A program made the position numbers and the translations under genes. Shown piece after piece: positions 29,022-37,798 of a stretch of 42,333 bases of DNA (the first letter of the stretch is position 1; the number at the start of each line of letters is the position of its first letter). The stretch is from assembly GCA_007123885.1 (NCBI GenBank), contig SLGC01000016.1, positions 1 to 42,333 on the forward strand. Direction: 5' to 3'. The notes beneath the pieces are model-generated. The model was given only the letters and a program-made list of their open reading frames with translations, did not search any database and was not told the DNA's origin. Origin of the DNA: Bacteroidales bacterium. GTDB lineage: Bacteria; Bacteroidota; Bacteroidia; Bacteroidales; PUMT01.

Positions 29022-29771
29022 ATGAAAATAGGATTGTTGTCTGATATTCATGAAGACGTTATATCATTGCAGAAAGCTCTCGATATCCTGATTCGTAAAA
29101 GTTGTGCCCCGATAGTTTGTCTTGGCGACATTACCGGGTTTTCCAATCCCTACTACCCGTTTGGCGACACCAGGGATGCAAATGCCTGTATCGATCTTAT
29201 AAGGCAAAACTGCCAGGTAGTTTTATCAGGCAATCATGATCTTTATACGGCAGGAAAATTAACCGGGTTCAGGTCGGGTATTGAGTATCCTGCTGACTGG
29301 TTCAGCAGGAAGATATGTGAAAGAACCGGTTTGCTCGGAGATAAAATATGGCTGTATGAAAAAGAAATCATGCCTGAGCTGACTGATGAGAACAGAGATT
29401 ATTTAAAAGCACTCCCGGAATACCATATTTTAAACACTGATGATGGTCTGAATATTCTGCTAAGCCATTTTATTTATCCTGATATTTCAGGATCTTTAAG
29501 AAAAAGGATCGATGATATTTGCGATTACCGCAGTCATTTCTCGTTTATGCTGCAAAACAATTGTAACTTGTCCTTTGCCGGGCATATGCATAAAGAGGGA
29601 TTTGAAATAGTCAACAAAACAGGATGCAGGGAATATGGGTTTGAAAAAAGAATTCTTAAACGAACCGGTTCATTTATCGGTTTGCCTTCGGTAGCCCGGA
29701 GCAGGAACAGAAACGGGATTGCGGTTTTTGACACAGAAAGTTTTGAGCTGGAAACTATAAGACTGAAATAA
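29022..29771 (+). CDS. Calcineurin-like metallophosphoesterase (Metallophos_2 type)
   Basis: SDIH, CLGDITG, GNHD, SH and GHMH motifs all present. Confidence 0.9.
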   Translation: MKIGLLSDIHEDVISLQKALDILIRKSCAPIVCLGDITGFSNPYYPFGDTRDANACIDLIRQNCQVVLSGNHDLYTAGKLTGFRSGIEYPADWFSRKICERTGLLGDKIWLYEKEIMPELTDENRDYLKALPEYHILNTDDGLNILLSHFIYPDISGSLRKRIDDICDYRSHFSFMLQNNCNLSFAGHMHKEGFEIVNKTGCREYGFEKRILKRTGSFIGLPSVARSRNRNGIAVFDTESFELETIRLK

Positions 29772-29852
29772 AACGTTTTTAATGACGGGTACATCTGTCT
29801 GAATTGCGGGGGACCGTAACGGATCATTAATAAAGGAATCAATTAAAATATC

Positions 29853-32312
29853 ATGAAGAGGGTATTTATCGCTAAAGTAATCGTGCCGGCCGTAATGGTT
29901 ATCGTACTTTTTGTTACCCTGTATTCAATGGTTTTCCTTCCAATGGTCGAAAAGGGATTCATGGACCGGAAAAAAGAGATGATAAGGGAATTGACCAATT
30001 CGGTTTGGAGCGTCATTGACGAATACCATCAGGAAATTGAAAGGGGAAATCTTTCTGAAGAGATGGCAAGGGAAATGGCAGTGAACAGGGTGAAATTTAT
30101 CAGGTATGGGGATGAAGGCAAAGATTATTTCTGGATCACAGACATGGAGCCAGTAATGATAATGCACCCTTACCGTACCGAATTAAACGGTGCGAATATT
30201 TCTGAATATACCGATCCCCAGGGGACCATGCTGTTTGCCGAGGCGGTTGAGAAAGTCAGGGATACCGGAGACGGCTATATAGATTACTGGTGGCAATGGA
30301 AAGATGACAGCACCAGGATTGTTCCCAAACTTTCGTACGTCAGAGGCTTTGAGCCATGGAACTGGATAGTTGGTACAGGTATTTACCTTGAGGATGTAAA
30401 GGATGAGATGAACATGATAAGAGGAAGCCTTGTCAGGACCACTCTTCTTTTCGCTGTACTCATCGCTGCAATAGTTTTTTATATTACCCGGCAAAGCTTG
30501 GTTACAGAACGGGGGCGTATCGATGCCGAGGAAAAACTCAAACAATCCCGTCTGAAATACAAAAAGCTTGTGGAAGCTTCTACCGAAAGTACAATGATGT
30601 GGCTTAACGGCTCATTGATTTATTTTAACAAGCCGATCCTTGAGCGTACGGAATACTCTGAACAGGAGCTCCTGACGAAGAGTATGGGTGAATTGTTCTG
30701 CCTGCAAAATGGCGTCATTGAAGAATTTTGCCATACCATCGATCAAACCCGTAACACCGAAGCCATGCTTATTACCAGGAAAGGTGAAAAGGTTGGTGTT
30801 GTGTTAACGGTATCGAGAATAGAAATTAACGACAGGCAGGGATTCATTTTTATAGTTAAGGAGGTAACACGTCATCTGCTCAGGGATAAATCGGTCCAGA
30901 TGCTTCAGGAGGAGATGCGGTCTTCCATGCTGCTTATGAACTCGCCGGTCAGGATGTTTGTCCGCGGTCCCGAAAAGATTGACATGGACCAGTCTATTTA
31001 TGAAGCAGCTGACATAATGGGCAGGAAGCAGACAGATTTGCTTTTTGTAACAAGAAAAAGGAAGGAGATAATCGGCATTTTGTATAATGATATTATTATC
31101 TCAGGGATCGTGGCAGGCAGAATGGATCATGACACGAAGGTTTTTAATGTGATGAGGTCACCTGTTAAATATATCCGGGAAAATCTTCCGCTTTTCGAGG
31201 CACTGTTATTAATGGAAAATGAAGACCTGGAATACCTGGCCGTGAGGAATGACGAGCTACAGGTAACTGGATACATTGGGAAAAAAGAGCTTCTCGAAGC
31301 GCAGCAGAACCACTCGCTGATATTGATCAGGAAAATTGAAAAGGCTGAGACGATCGGCCAACTTCAATCATTATATGATAAGCTGCCCGGAATAATATCC
31401 CTGCTTCTTGGCAATGATTCAAATTACCGGAATATAGCACAGGTTTCAACGGCCGTATCAGATGCAGTAACTAGAAGGTTGATTGAACTTACAATTGAAC
31501 GGACAGGTGCCCCGCCTGCCGGCTTCGCCTTTGTTTCTCTTGGAAGTGAAGGAAGAGAAGAACAGACGCTTAAGACAGACCAGGATAATGCTCTCATATA
31601 TGAGGGTGAGAAAACTAACGAGGCTGATGAATATTTTCACGAACTGTCTGAAAGCATTAACAAAGGGTTAAACGATATTGGCTACGATTATTGCAGGGGG
31701 AAAATAATGGCGGGCAATCCCCGGTGGTGTCAGCCGGTATCAGTGTGGAAGGAATATTTTAGCGAGTGGGTCGAGAATAGTGATCCTGAAAGTATCCTTG
31801 ACACCTCCGTTTTTTTTGACCTGCGTTATGTTTATGGCGACAGGTCGCTGGTTGATGAACTAAAAAAAGAGATAACAACCATAACCGATTCCAGGGCGGT
31901 TTTTTATACCCATTTGGCCCAATCGGTGCTCCGGCATAAAACGGTCACCTATTCAGAGAAACAGGAAACCCTTGATCTGAAAAGGGCAATAATGCCGATA
32001 GTTGGTTTTGCAAGGGTTTATGCCTTGAAGAATAATGTGCACGAAACAAATACCATTTACCGGTTGAAAGGGATAATTGGTCTGGAAAAAATCAGCAAGT
32101 CATTCGTTGAAGAAATTATCGAGGCCTACCAGTATCTGATGTTCCTGAGATTCAGGCTGCAAACACAGAAAATTCTTTCCAATGAAAAGCCTGATAATCT
32201 TTTGAGGCCCGATGAACTGTCCAATATCGAAAAGGCTGCCCTCAAGACTGTTTTATCAGGAATTACATCAATACATACACAGCTGAGTTTCGATTTTGAT
32301 GTGACGATATAA
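29853..32312 (+). CDS. Membrane sCache_2-PAS-CBS-DUF294 nucleotidyltransferase-like signalling protein
   Basis: TM1; sCache_2 (RYG..GKDYFWI..MIMHPY..LNG...D.QG...F...G.GYIDYWW....PKLSYVRGFEPWNWIVGTGIY); TM2; PAS (KYKKLVEAS..N...TEYSEQELL); CBS pair; DUF294 NTase (LGSEGREEQTLKTDQDNAL, C.GKIMAGNPRW); DUF294_C (FFDLR, DLKR, TNTIYRL, AYQYL..LR). Confidence 0.88.
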   Translation: MKRVFIAKVIVPAVMVIVLFVTLYSMVFLPMVEKGFMDRKKEMIRELTNSVWSVIDEYHQEIERGNLSEEMAREMAVNRVKFIRYGDEGKDYFWITDMEPVMIMHPYRTELNGANISEYTDPQGTMLFAEAVEKVRDTGDGYIDYWWQWKDDSTRIVPKLSYVRGFEPWNWIVGTGIYLEDVKDEMNMIRGSLVRTTLLFAVLIAAIVFYITRQSLVTERGRIDAEEKLKQSRLKYKKLVEASTESTMMWLNGSLIYFNKPILERTEYSEQELLTKSMGELFCLQNGVIEEFCHTIDQTRNTEAMLITRKGEKVGVVLTVSRIEINDRQGFIFIVKEVTRHLLRDKSVQMLQEEMRSSMLLMNSPVRMFVRGPEKIDMDQSIYEAADIMGRKQTDLLFVTRKRKEIIGILYNDIIISGIVAGRMDHDTKVFNVMRSPVKYIRENLPLFEALLLMENEDLEYLAVRNDELQVTGYIGKKELLEAQQNHSLILIRKIEKAETIGQLQSLYDKLPGIISLLLGNDSNYRNIAQVSTAVSDAVTRRLIELTIERTGAPPAGFAFVSLGSEGREEQTLKTDQDNALIYEGEKTNEADEYFHELSESINKGLNDIGYDYCRGKIMAGNPRWCQPVSVWKEYFSEWVENSDPESILDTSVFFDLRYVYGDRSLVDELKKEITTITDSRAVFYTHLAQSVLRHKTVTYSEKQETLDLKRAIMPIVGFARVYALKNNVHETNTIYRLKGIIGLEKISKSFVEEIIEAYQYLMFLRFRLQTQKILSNEKPDNLLRPDELSNIEKAALKTVLSGITSIHTQLSFDFDVTI

Positions 32313-32356
32313 GCTGAACAAACCGGAACAACCCGAAGATACTTCCCTGGTTCGGC

Positions 32357-33205
32357 TTAAGGAATGTGAATTTTACTGGCAGATGATACAGATGAGACCT
32401 GGAAAAAGCCCCTGGCCCCCTCGCTCAGGTTGGTGGGGATATTGGCGGGAGGGGCTCCGGCAAAAGGATTGCCGGAAAGCTCGGACTGGGAAAAGAAATC
32501 ATTATAAAAATTGTATTGTTCCCTTGATATGCTTCTCATTTTAAGGGTAATTTTGTCTCCACGGCTTAAATCGCTCCGTCGTATTGGCCTGATATACATT
32601 GACGTATAACCCTTAAGATGTGTATCATTAATAACGGTTTTTTGCGACGGGGTATACGTTTGGATGTCATCGTTGACATAAAGGTTTATAAGATAAAAGT
32701 TTCCCCGGTCAGGTAAATTTTCAAAATGAATATATATATCAATCAGTTCTTCATTTATTATTCCCAGGCGTGAAAGAAGATTGACCCTGGTCGTGACCGA
32801 ATCGATTTCTGGAACAGGTTTTATGGTGCTGCTGGCGGTATATGTCCCGCCTGCATCATGGACGGTAAGGTAATATTTATTACCTGTTACCAGGGATGAA
32901 CTCAGTTCATAATTATAATATCTTTCCTTGTGGGAGTTCTTTTGGGTAAAGTAATAATTTTTTTTGCCGTCAGTGATCAAAACAACTGCATCACTGGCGG
33001 GAAACCACTTTCCGGAATCATAAAAGGATGTGGAATGGCGCAGCCTTACCTCCTGCCTGACGCCGGAATCATCTATATTGGCCTCTACAATAAGATACTT
33101 ACCCTCTGTGTCAGATAAATCAAGTATGACATTCTTCTCACATGAAAGAAGAACGACAGCCAGAAAAAATACTAATAACCCGGTTATATATTTTATAAAA
33201 TCCAT
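32357..33205 (-). CDS. DUF4249 family lipoprotein
   Basis: Lipobox LLS-CEK; IVEANI, VPEIDSV, PPANIPTNL..GARGFF; downstream of a TBDR. Confidence 0.85.
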   Translation of the reverse strand: MDFIKYITGLLVFFLAVVLLSCEKNVILDLSDTEGKYLIVEANIDDSGVRQEVRLRHSTSFYDSGKWFPASDAVVLITDGKKNYYFTQKNSHKERYYNYELSSSLVTGNKYYLTVHDAGGTYTASSTIKPVPEIDSVTTRVNLLSRLGIINEELIDIYIHFENLPDRGNFYLINLYVNDDIQTYTPSQKTVINDTHLKGYTSMYIRPIRRSDLSRGDKITLKMRSISREQYNFYNDFFSQSELSGNPFAGAPPANIPTNLSEGARGFFQVSSVSSASKIHIP

Positions 33206-33210
33206 AACTC

Positions 33211-35559
33211 TTAAAAATTAAAATTCCACGTGACTGAGGGAAGAGGACCGGGAATATATAGGAACGAAGTACTCTGGGTGCTGTAGTCTGCGCTTCTGTT
33301 GAATGACACTGAAATGGGATTGATTCTCCCGTACACGTTAAAAATCGCGAAATACCAGGTACTGCTGAATCTCCTGGTTCCTTCATCTCCTCCGGGGGAA
33401 TACCTGAATGAAATGTCGAGCCTGTGATAATCGGGAAGGTTGCCGGAGTTCCTCCCGGCAAATATGGGGGCCGTATCCCCCTGATACCGCATTGTTCCTA
33501 CAGGAAAAGTGAATGCCCTGCCTGATGAATATACAAAATTCATAGACATGCTAAGTCTGTCATTAACCAGATATCCACCTGAAAAGCTGAAATCATGACG
33601 CCTGTCATTTGGGGAATAATAAGATCTCCCCTCATTTATTCCATCAATTTTTCTCCTGGTCCTGGACCAGGTATATCCTGCAAAACCGTTAAACCGGTCG
33701 CCTTCCCCCCTGACCATGAATTCATAACCGTACGACCATCCTTTACCTATCCTTAGTTGGCTTTCAATAAACTCATTCCCAAGGATCTCGGCATTATCAA
33801 TAACGTCTGAAATATTATTGATATCCTTGTAGTAGATTTCAACTGAAGTCTCGATCCGGTTTGAAAGAAAATTTCTGAAATACCCCAGTGCCAGTTGATC
33901 TGCTGTCTGAGGCGGAATATTATTGCTGCTGATATGCCAGACATCATAAGGTACCACTGACTGAGCACTCTGGGTTTGCTGAATGTACTGCATCATCCTG
34001 TTATAGCCGGCCTTCACCGAGCTGTTCTCACCGAGTCTGACACGAAGGCTTAAGCGGGGTTCCAGGCCATTAAACCTGTCATACAAATGACCTTTTTCAA
34101 GGATAAGTGTATCGGTCACCTCCCATTGCAAAGGATTTCCTTTATAGAACCCGTATTGTTTCCCGGGGCCTGTAACCTGAAAGAGCGACATCCTGATCCC
34201 GTAGTCAAGTGCCAGCCGGTCATCCCATAAGCTCTGTTTGTTCATTAAATAAACGCCATGTTCAAAGGCATTTGAAGGTGACATTGGGCGATTTATCGCG
34301 GTTGCTTCCTCAAAATCAAGATTCAGGCTACCCGGAACAAGATTGTGATACATGCTGCTTGTCCCGAACGAGATACTGCTGTTCTGGCCTGGCAGGTATG
34401 TAAATTCACTCTGAAGGTTAATATTGCTTAAGGCTGATTGCCAGCTGAGTGTTGATGGTTCAATATCTCCGGAGATGTTAAATCCATAACTGCTGTACGA
34501 CAGCGAAACATTCCCGCTGAAAGAGCCGGAAAACATCCTTAGCCACCGGATACTGCCCATGGTATTCCCCCAATCAGATGCAAAAATATCGCGGAAGGCA
34601 GTAATATCACGTCCGTGATAGATCGAAAAAGAAACATGGTTTCTTTCGCCAATAACGTAGGTGAGCTTAGAATTGATATCATAAAAATATAGCCGGGTCT
34701 CCCTCTGGTTTTCATCCGGGGAGAGTTTAAGAAACAAATCGGCATAGGTTCTCCTTCCTGCAAAAATAAAACTGCTTTTTCCCCTTTGTATTGGTCCCTC
34801 GGCACTCAACCGGCTGGAAATAAGACCAATTCCTCCACTGAATTTATAGTTTTCAATATTCCCCTGTTTCATCTTTACATCAAGGACCGATGATAATCTG
34901 CCACCATAGGAAGGATGGATGCTTCCCTTGTAAAGCTTAACATCGTTGATGGCGTCAGGATTGAAAACGGAGAATAAGCCTAACATGCGTGAAGCATTAT
35001 ATATCTGTGCATTGTCAAGCAAAATCAGGTTCTGGTCAGCATCGCCTCCGCGGACAAAAAAACCGGTGTTGCCGTCGCCGGCCGATAAGACCCCAGGCAA
35101 TAATTGTATCGTTTTAAGTACGTCAACCTCACCCAGAAACGCCGGAATATTTCGGATTGTATTCATATCCATCGAAATGGTTCCCATTTCAGTGTTTTGG
35201 GTATCCTGAATTGACTGATCGAAACTCATAGTTACCTCTTCAAGCTGCAGGTTTTCCCTGGCAAGTTGAACATTCAGGGAAAGATGATCATTCAGGGAGA
35301 TCAAATGCTCCTGCGTCTCGTAGCCAATGAAGGAAAATTTTATTTTATGACTGCCCGTGCTCAGGGAAAGACGGTAATGTCCGATCGAATCGCTTACTAC
35401 GCCTATTTTCCGCACATCCTCGTATACATTGACGCCGGCAAGAGTTTCACCCGTCTCTTTATCGGTCACTCTACCTGTGATAGAATAATCTTGTCCCAAT
35501 GACACAAGTGTTGGTAAAAAAAGAAGAATGAATATATTTATTGATCCCGGAATACTCAT
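33211..35559 (-). CDS. TonB-dependent receptor with carboxypeptidase-regulatory-like N-domain (not SusC)
   Basis: ITGRVTDKETGETL.GVNV, GEVDVLKTIQLLPGV, VRGG..DQNLILLD, YGGRLSSVLD, PDYHRLD, C-terminal WNFNF. Confidence 0.93.
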   Translation of the reverse strand: MSIPGSINIFILLFLPTLVSLGQDYSITGRVTDKETGETLAGVNVYEDVRKIGVVSDSIGHYRLSLSTGSHKIKFSFIGYETQEHLISLNDHLSLNVQLARENLQLEEVTMSFDQSIQDTQNTEMGTISMDMNTIRNIPAFLGEVDVLKTIQLLPGVLSAGDGNTGFFVRGGDADQNLILLDNAQIYNASRMLGLFSVFNPDAINDVKLYKGSIHPSYGGRLSSVLDVKMKQGNIENYKFSGGIGLISSRLSAEGPIQRGKSSFIFAGRRTYADLFLKLSPDENQRETRLYFYDINSKLTYVIGERNHVSFSIYHGRDITAFRDIFASDWGNTMGSIRWLRMFSGSFSGNVSLSYSSYGFNISGDIEPSTLSWQSALSNINLQSEFTYLPGQNSSISFGTSSMYHNLVPGSLNLDFEEATAINRPMSPSNAFEHGVYLMNKQSLWDDRLALDYGIRMSLFQVTGPGKQYGFYKGNPLQWEVTDTLILEKGHLYDRFNGLEPRLSLRVRLGENSSVKAGYNRMMQYIQQTQSAQSVVPYDVWHISSNNIPPQTADQLALGYFRNFLSNRIETSVEIYYKDINNISDVIDNAEILGNEFIESQLRIGKGWSYGYEFMVRGEGDRFNGFAGYTWSRTRRKIDGINEGRSYYSPNDRRHDFSFSGGYLVNDRLSMSMNFVYSSGRAFTFPVGTMRYQGDTAPIFAGRNSGNLPDYHRLDISFRYSPGGDEGTRRFSSTWYFAIFNVYGRINPISVSFNRSADYSTQSTSFLYIPGPLPSVTWNFNF

Positions 35560-35575
35560 CTCATTTCTGAAAGTT

Positions 35576-35623
35576 ACAAGTCAGGATAAAACCTAAAAAC
35601 AAGTCAGGAATAAAACCTAAAAA
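35576..35623. repeat. Tandem 23-24 bp duplication ACAAGTCAGGA(A)TAAAACCTAAAA x2
   Basis: Read directly; lies in the TBDR 5' leader. Confidence 0.85.
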
Positions 35624-35873
35624 TTAAATGCTGAAAAGGGGCAAGTGAAATGGCACAACTAATGGATCCATCTTCCACCCATCTGCCAATTGCCGCATGA
35701 AGCTGAGGCTTTATTATAAATTTATGACATTTATATGGGATAACAAATGTTTCTAAAAAATGTTTTTAGATGTTAACCTCAAAAAACAACCATTTCCAGA
35801 TGTGGGTTAAAGGGGTTTGCCCGCAAGGCCATGCATCTATCCCTCCGGTAATCTAACCAGTAACTGAACAACC

Positions 35874-35912
35874 AAAATAAAAATGTGCCTTGCCGTTAAG
35901 GCAAGACACATT
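35874..35912 (-). terminator. Intrinsic terminator, second copy
   Basis: Minus strand AATGTGTCTTGCC-TTAAC-GGCAAGGCACATT followed by TTTATTTT. Confidence 0.7.
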
Positions 35913-36005
35913 CGTTGCGACCCCGGAGGGATTGATGCATGCAGGGGTTTGCCCGCAAGGCCATGCATCTATCCCTCCGGTAATCTAACCAGTAACTGAA
36001 TAACC

Positions 36006-36044
36006 AAAATAAAAATGTGCCTTGCCGTTAAGGCAAGACACATT
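36006..36044 (-). terminator. Intrinsic terminator of tRNA-Arg
   Basis: 13-bp stem (one G-U pair), 5-nt loop and U-rich tail, starting 5 nt after the tRNA 3' end. Confidence 0.8.
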
Positions 36045-36049
36045 CGTTG

Positions 36050-36123
36050 CGACCCCGGAGGGATTCAAACCCCCAACCTCCTGATCCGTAGTCAGGTGCT
36101 CTATTCAGTTAAGCTACGGAGTC
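36050..36123 (-). tRNA. tRNA-Arg(ACG), CCA not encoded
   Basis: GACTCCG TAGCTTAACTGAATAGAGC A CCTGA CT-ACG-GA TCAGG AGGTT GGGGG TTTGAAT CCCTC CGGGGTC G folds as a cloverleaf. Confidence 0.97.
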
Positions 36124-36135
36124 AATTCAGGTTTG

Positions 36136-36143
36136 CAAATATA
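36136..36143 (-). promoter_or_regulatory. -7 box TATATTTG of the tRNA-Arg promoter
   Basis: TAnnTTTG 12 bp upstream of the mature 5' end; TTG about 21 bp further upstream. Confidence 0.7.
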
Positions 36144-36370
36144 AACATTTTTCATCAAAATATTCAACAACTCCTTAAGTCCAAAAGTCCAAAGGCATGA
36201 AGAGTCGATCCCTTCCGTTGCATTAAGGGAATGCAGTTATATCAGCCGGTTCAGGACAACAATAAACACTTTATTGAAAAAAAACCTGATTTTGGTTATT
36301 TTTTTTTAAATTGTACATTCTAACACACTGCTAAATAGTGTCAATTATTAACCTATCCGACTGATTACAA

Positions 36371-37723
36371 ATGAGAAAGAAAACCAATGATCTAAGCCGG
36401 CGGGAATTTATCGGTGATGCTGCCAAAATCAGTGCCCTGGGAGCCATGGGCATTGGAGCTGTTGTCTCATCCTGTCAAAGAAAACCTGAATACAGTGCAC
36501 CTCTTTTCCCTGACCAGGCTCCGGATGGTCCTGTTTTAAGGGCAGGGCTGATAGGCTGCGGAAACCGGGGTACAGGTGCTGCCATGAACTTTCTGGATGC
36601 GGGTCCAAATCTTCAGATCGTTGCACTTGGTGATGTTCTCCAGGACAGGATGGATAGCTGCAGGAACCAGCTAAAAGAGAGAAGAAATGTCGAAATACCT
36701 GATGAAAATTGTTTTCTTGGATTTGATTCATACATGAAAGTAATTGATTCAGGAATAGATATTGTTCTATTATGTGAACCGAGTCACTTCCGGTCGGTGA
36801 GCCTGAGATATGCCATTGAGAAACGGAAACATACATTTGCTGAAAAATGTATTGCAGTTGATCCGGTTGGGATACGCTCTGCAATGGCGTCAGGCAAAAC
36901 GGCAGATGCGGCCGGCCTGAATGTTGTTGTCGGCACACAGAGGCGGCATCAGTATGATTATGTCAAGACCTTTGAAATGATCAAGAACGGTGCTATCGGC
37001 GATCTTATATCGGCAAATATCTATTGGAACCAGGGCTTGATCCGGCATGTATTCCCCCAGCCTGGCTGGTCTGATATGGAAGCAATGTTGCGTGATTTTT
37101 TTAGTTGGCGCTGGCTTAATGGAGATCACATCCTTGATCAGCATGTTCACAATATTGATATAGTAACCTGGTTCTTTGAAAAACATCCTGTAAAAGCGCT
37201 CGGATTTGGAGGCAGGCACCGCAGACCTACAGGCAACCAGTTTGATTTCTTCAGCGTCGATTTTGAATTTGATGATGGCCGCCATTTTCACGCCATGTGC
37301 AGGCAAATTGATGGTTGTTCCAATAATGTATCCGAATTGATATATGGTACCAGGGGCTATACCAACGCACGAAATACAATATGGGATAATAACGGCAATG
37401 TTATATGGGAATACGAATATCCCATGGGAGAAGATGGACAGCAGCTGAACAGGGTCCCGATAAGTCCTTATATCCAGGAACATATTAACCTGGTTACTGC
37501 CATCCGTACAGGCAATCGCATAAATGAGATACCCGGGATATGTGAATCAAATATGGCGGCTATTATGGGCCGGGAATCGGCCTATACAGGCAGGCAGGTT
37601 ACCTGGGATGAGATGATGGCTTCAAATATGCGGCTCGGACCCACAGAATACAGCCTGGGCACTATCGGTCCGGATTTAGTCCCACGCACCCCTCCGGTAC
37701 CGGGAACAGCTCCCGCAACTTAA
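36371..37723 (+). CDS. Gfo/Idh/MocA oxidoreductase with Tat (lipo)signal
   Basis: LSRREFI, VVSS-C; GLIGCGNRGTGA, AEKC, GTQRRH, GDHILDQHVHNID, AIMGRESAYTG. Confidence 0.92.
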   Translation: MRKKTNDLSRREFIGDAAKISALGAMGIGAVVSSCQRKPEYSAPLFPDQAPDGPVLRAGLIGCGNRGTGAAMNFLDAGPNLQIVALGDVLQDRMDSCRNQLKERRNVEIPDENCFLGFDSYMKVIDSGIDIVLLCEPSHFRSVSLRYAIEKRKHTFAEKCIAVDPVGIRSAMASGKTADAAGLNVVVGTQRRHQYDYVKTFEMIKNGAIGDLISANIYWNQGLIRHVFPQPGWSDMEAMLRDFFSWRWLNGDHILDQHVHNIDIVTWFFEKHPVKALGFGGRHRRPTGNQFDFFSVDFEFDDGRHFHAMCRQIDGCSNNVSELIYGTRGYTNARNTIWDNNGNVIWEYEYPMGEDGQQLNRVPISPYIQEHINLVTAIRTGNRINEIPGICESNMAAIMGRESAYTGRQVTWDEMMASNMRLGPTEYSLGTIGPDLVPRTPPVPGTAPAT

Positions 37724-37798
37724 TCCGCGTTAATTGACCATATAACCCTGCAGCAATAACCTTTTGTTCTTATAAAATAATATTAAAACAAACAAACT

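Larger units (their letters stand above)
35811..36065. repeat. tRNA-linked tandem repeat: two 123-bp copies, period 132 bp
   Basis: 35811-35933 and 35943-36065 are identical except one base (35869 C vs 36001 T). Each copy includes the last 16 nt of tRNA-Arg. Confidence 0.95.

Noticed and set aside
29022-32312. CBASS or toxin-antitoxin nucleotidyltransferase defence system
   Set aside because: The NTase is DUF294/GlnD-like with Cache and CBS domains, next to transport genes. No CD-NTase, effector or HEPN partner is visible.
32357-35559. SusC/SusD pair for the CAZyme cluster
   Set aside because: The TBDR lacks SusC motifs and size, and its partner is DUF4249. This is a common Bacteroidota pair.
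35811-36065. CRISPR array or prophage attL/attR
   Set aside because: Only two 123-bp copies 9 bp apart, with no unique spacers, cas genes, integrase or cargo.
36015-36200. 61-aa ORF
   Set aside because: Antisense to tRNA-Arg and its terminator; a typical spurious ORF.
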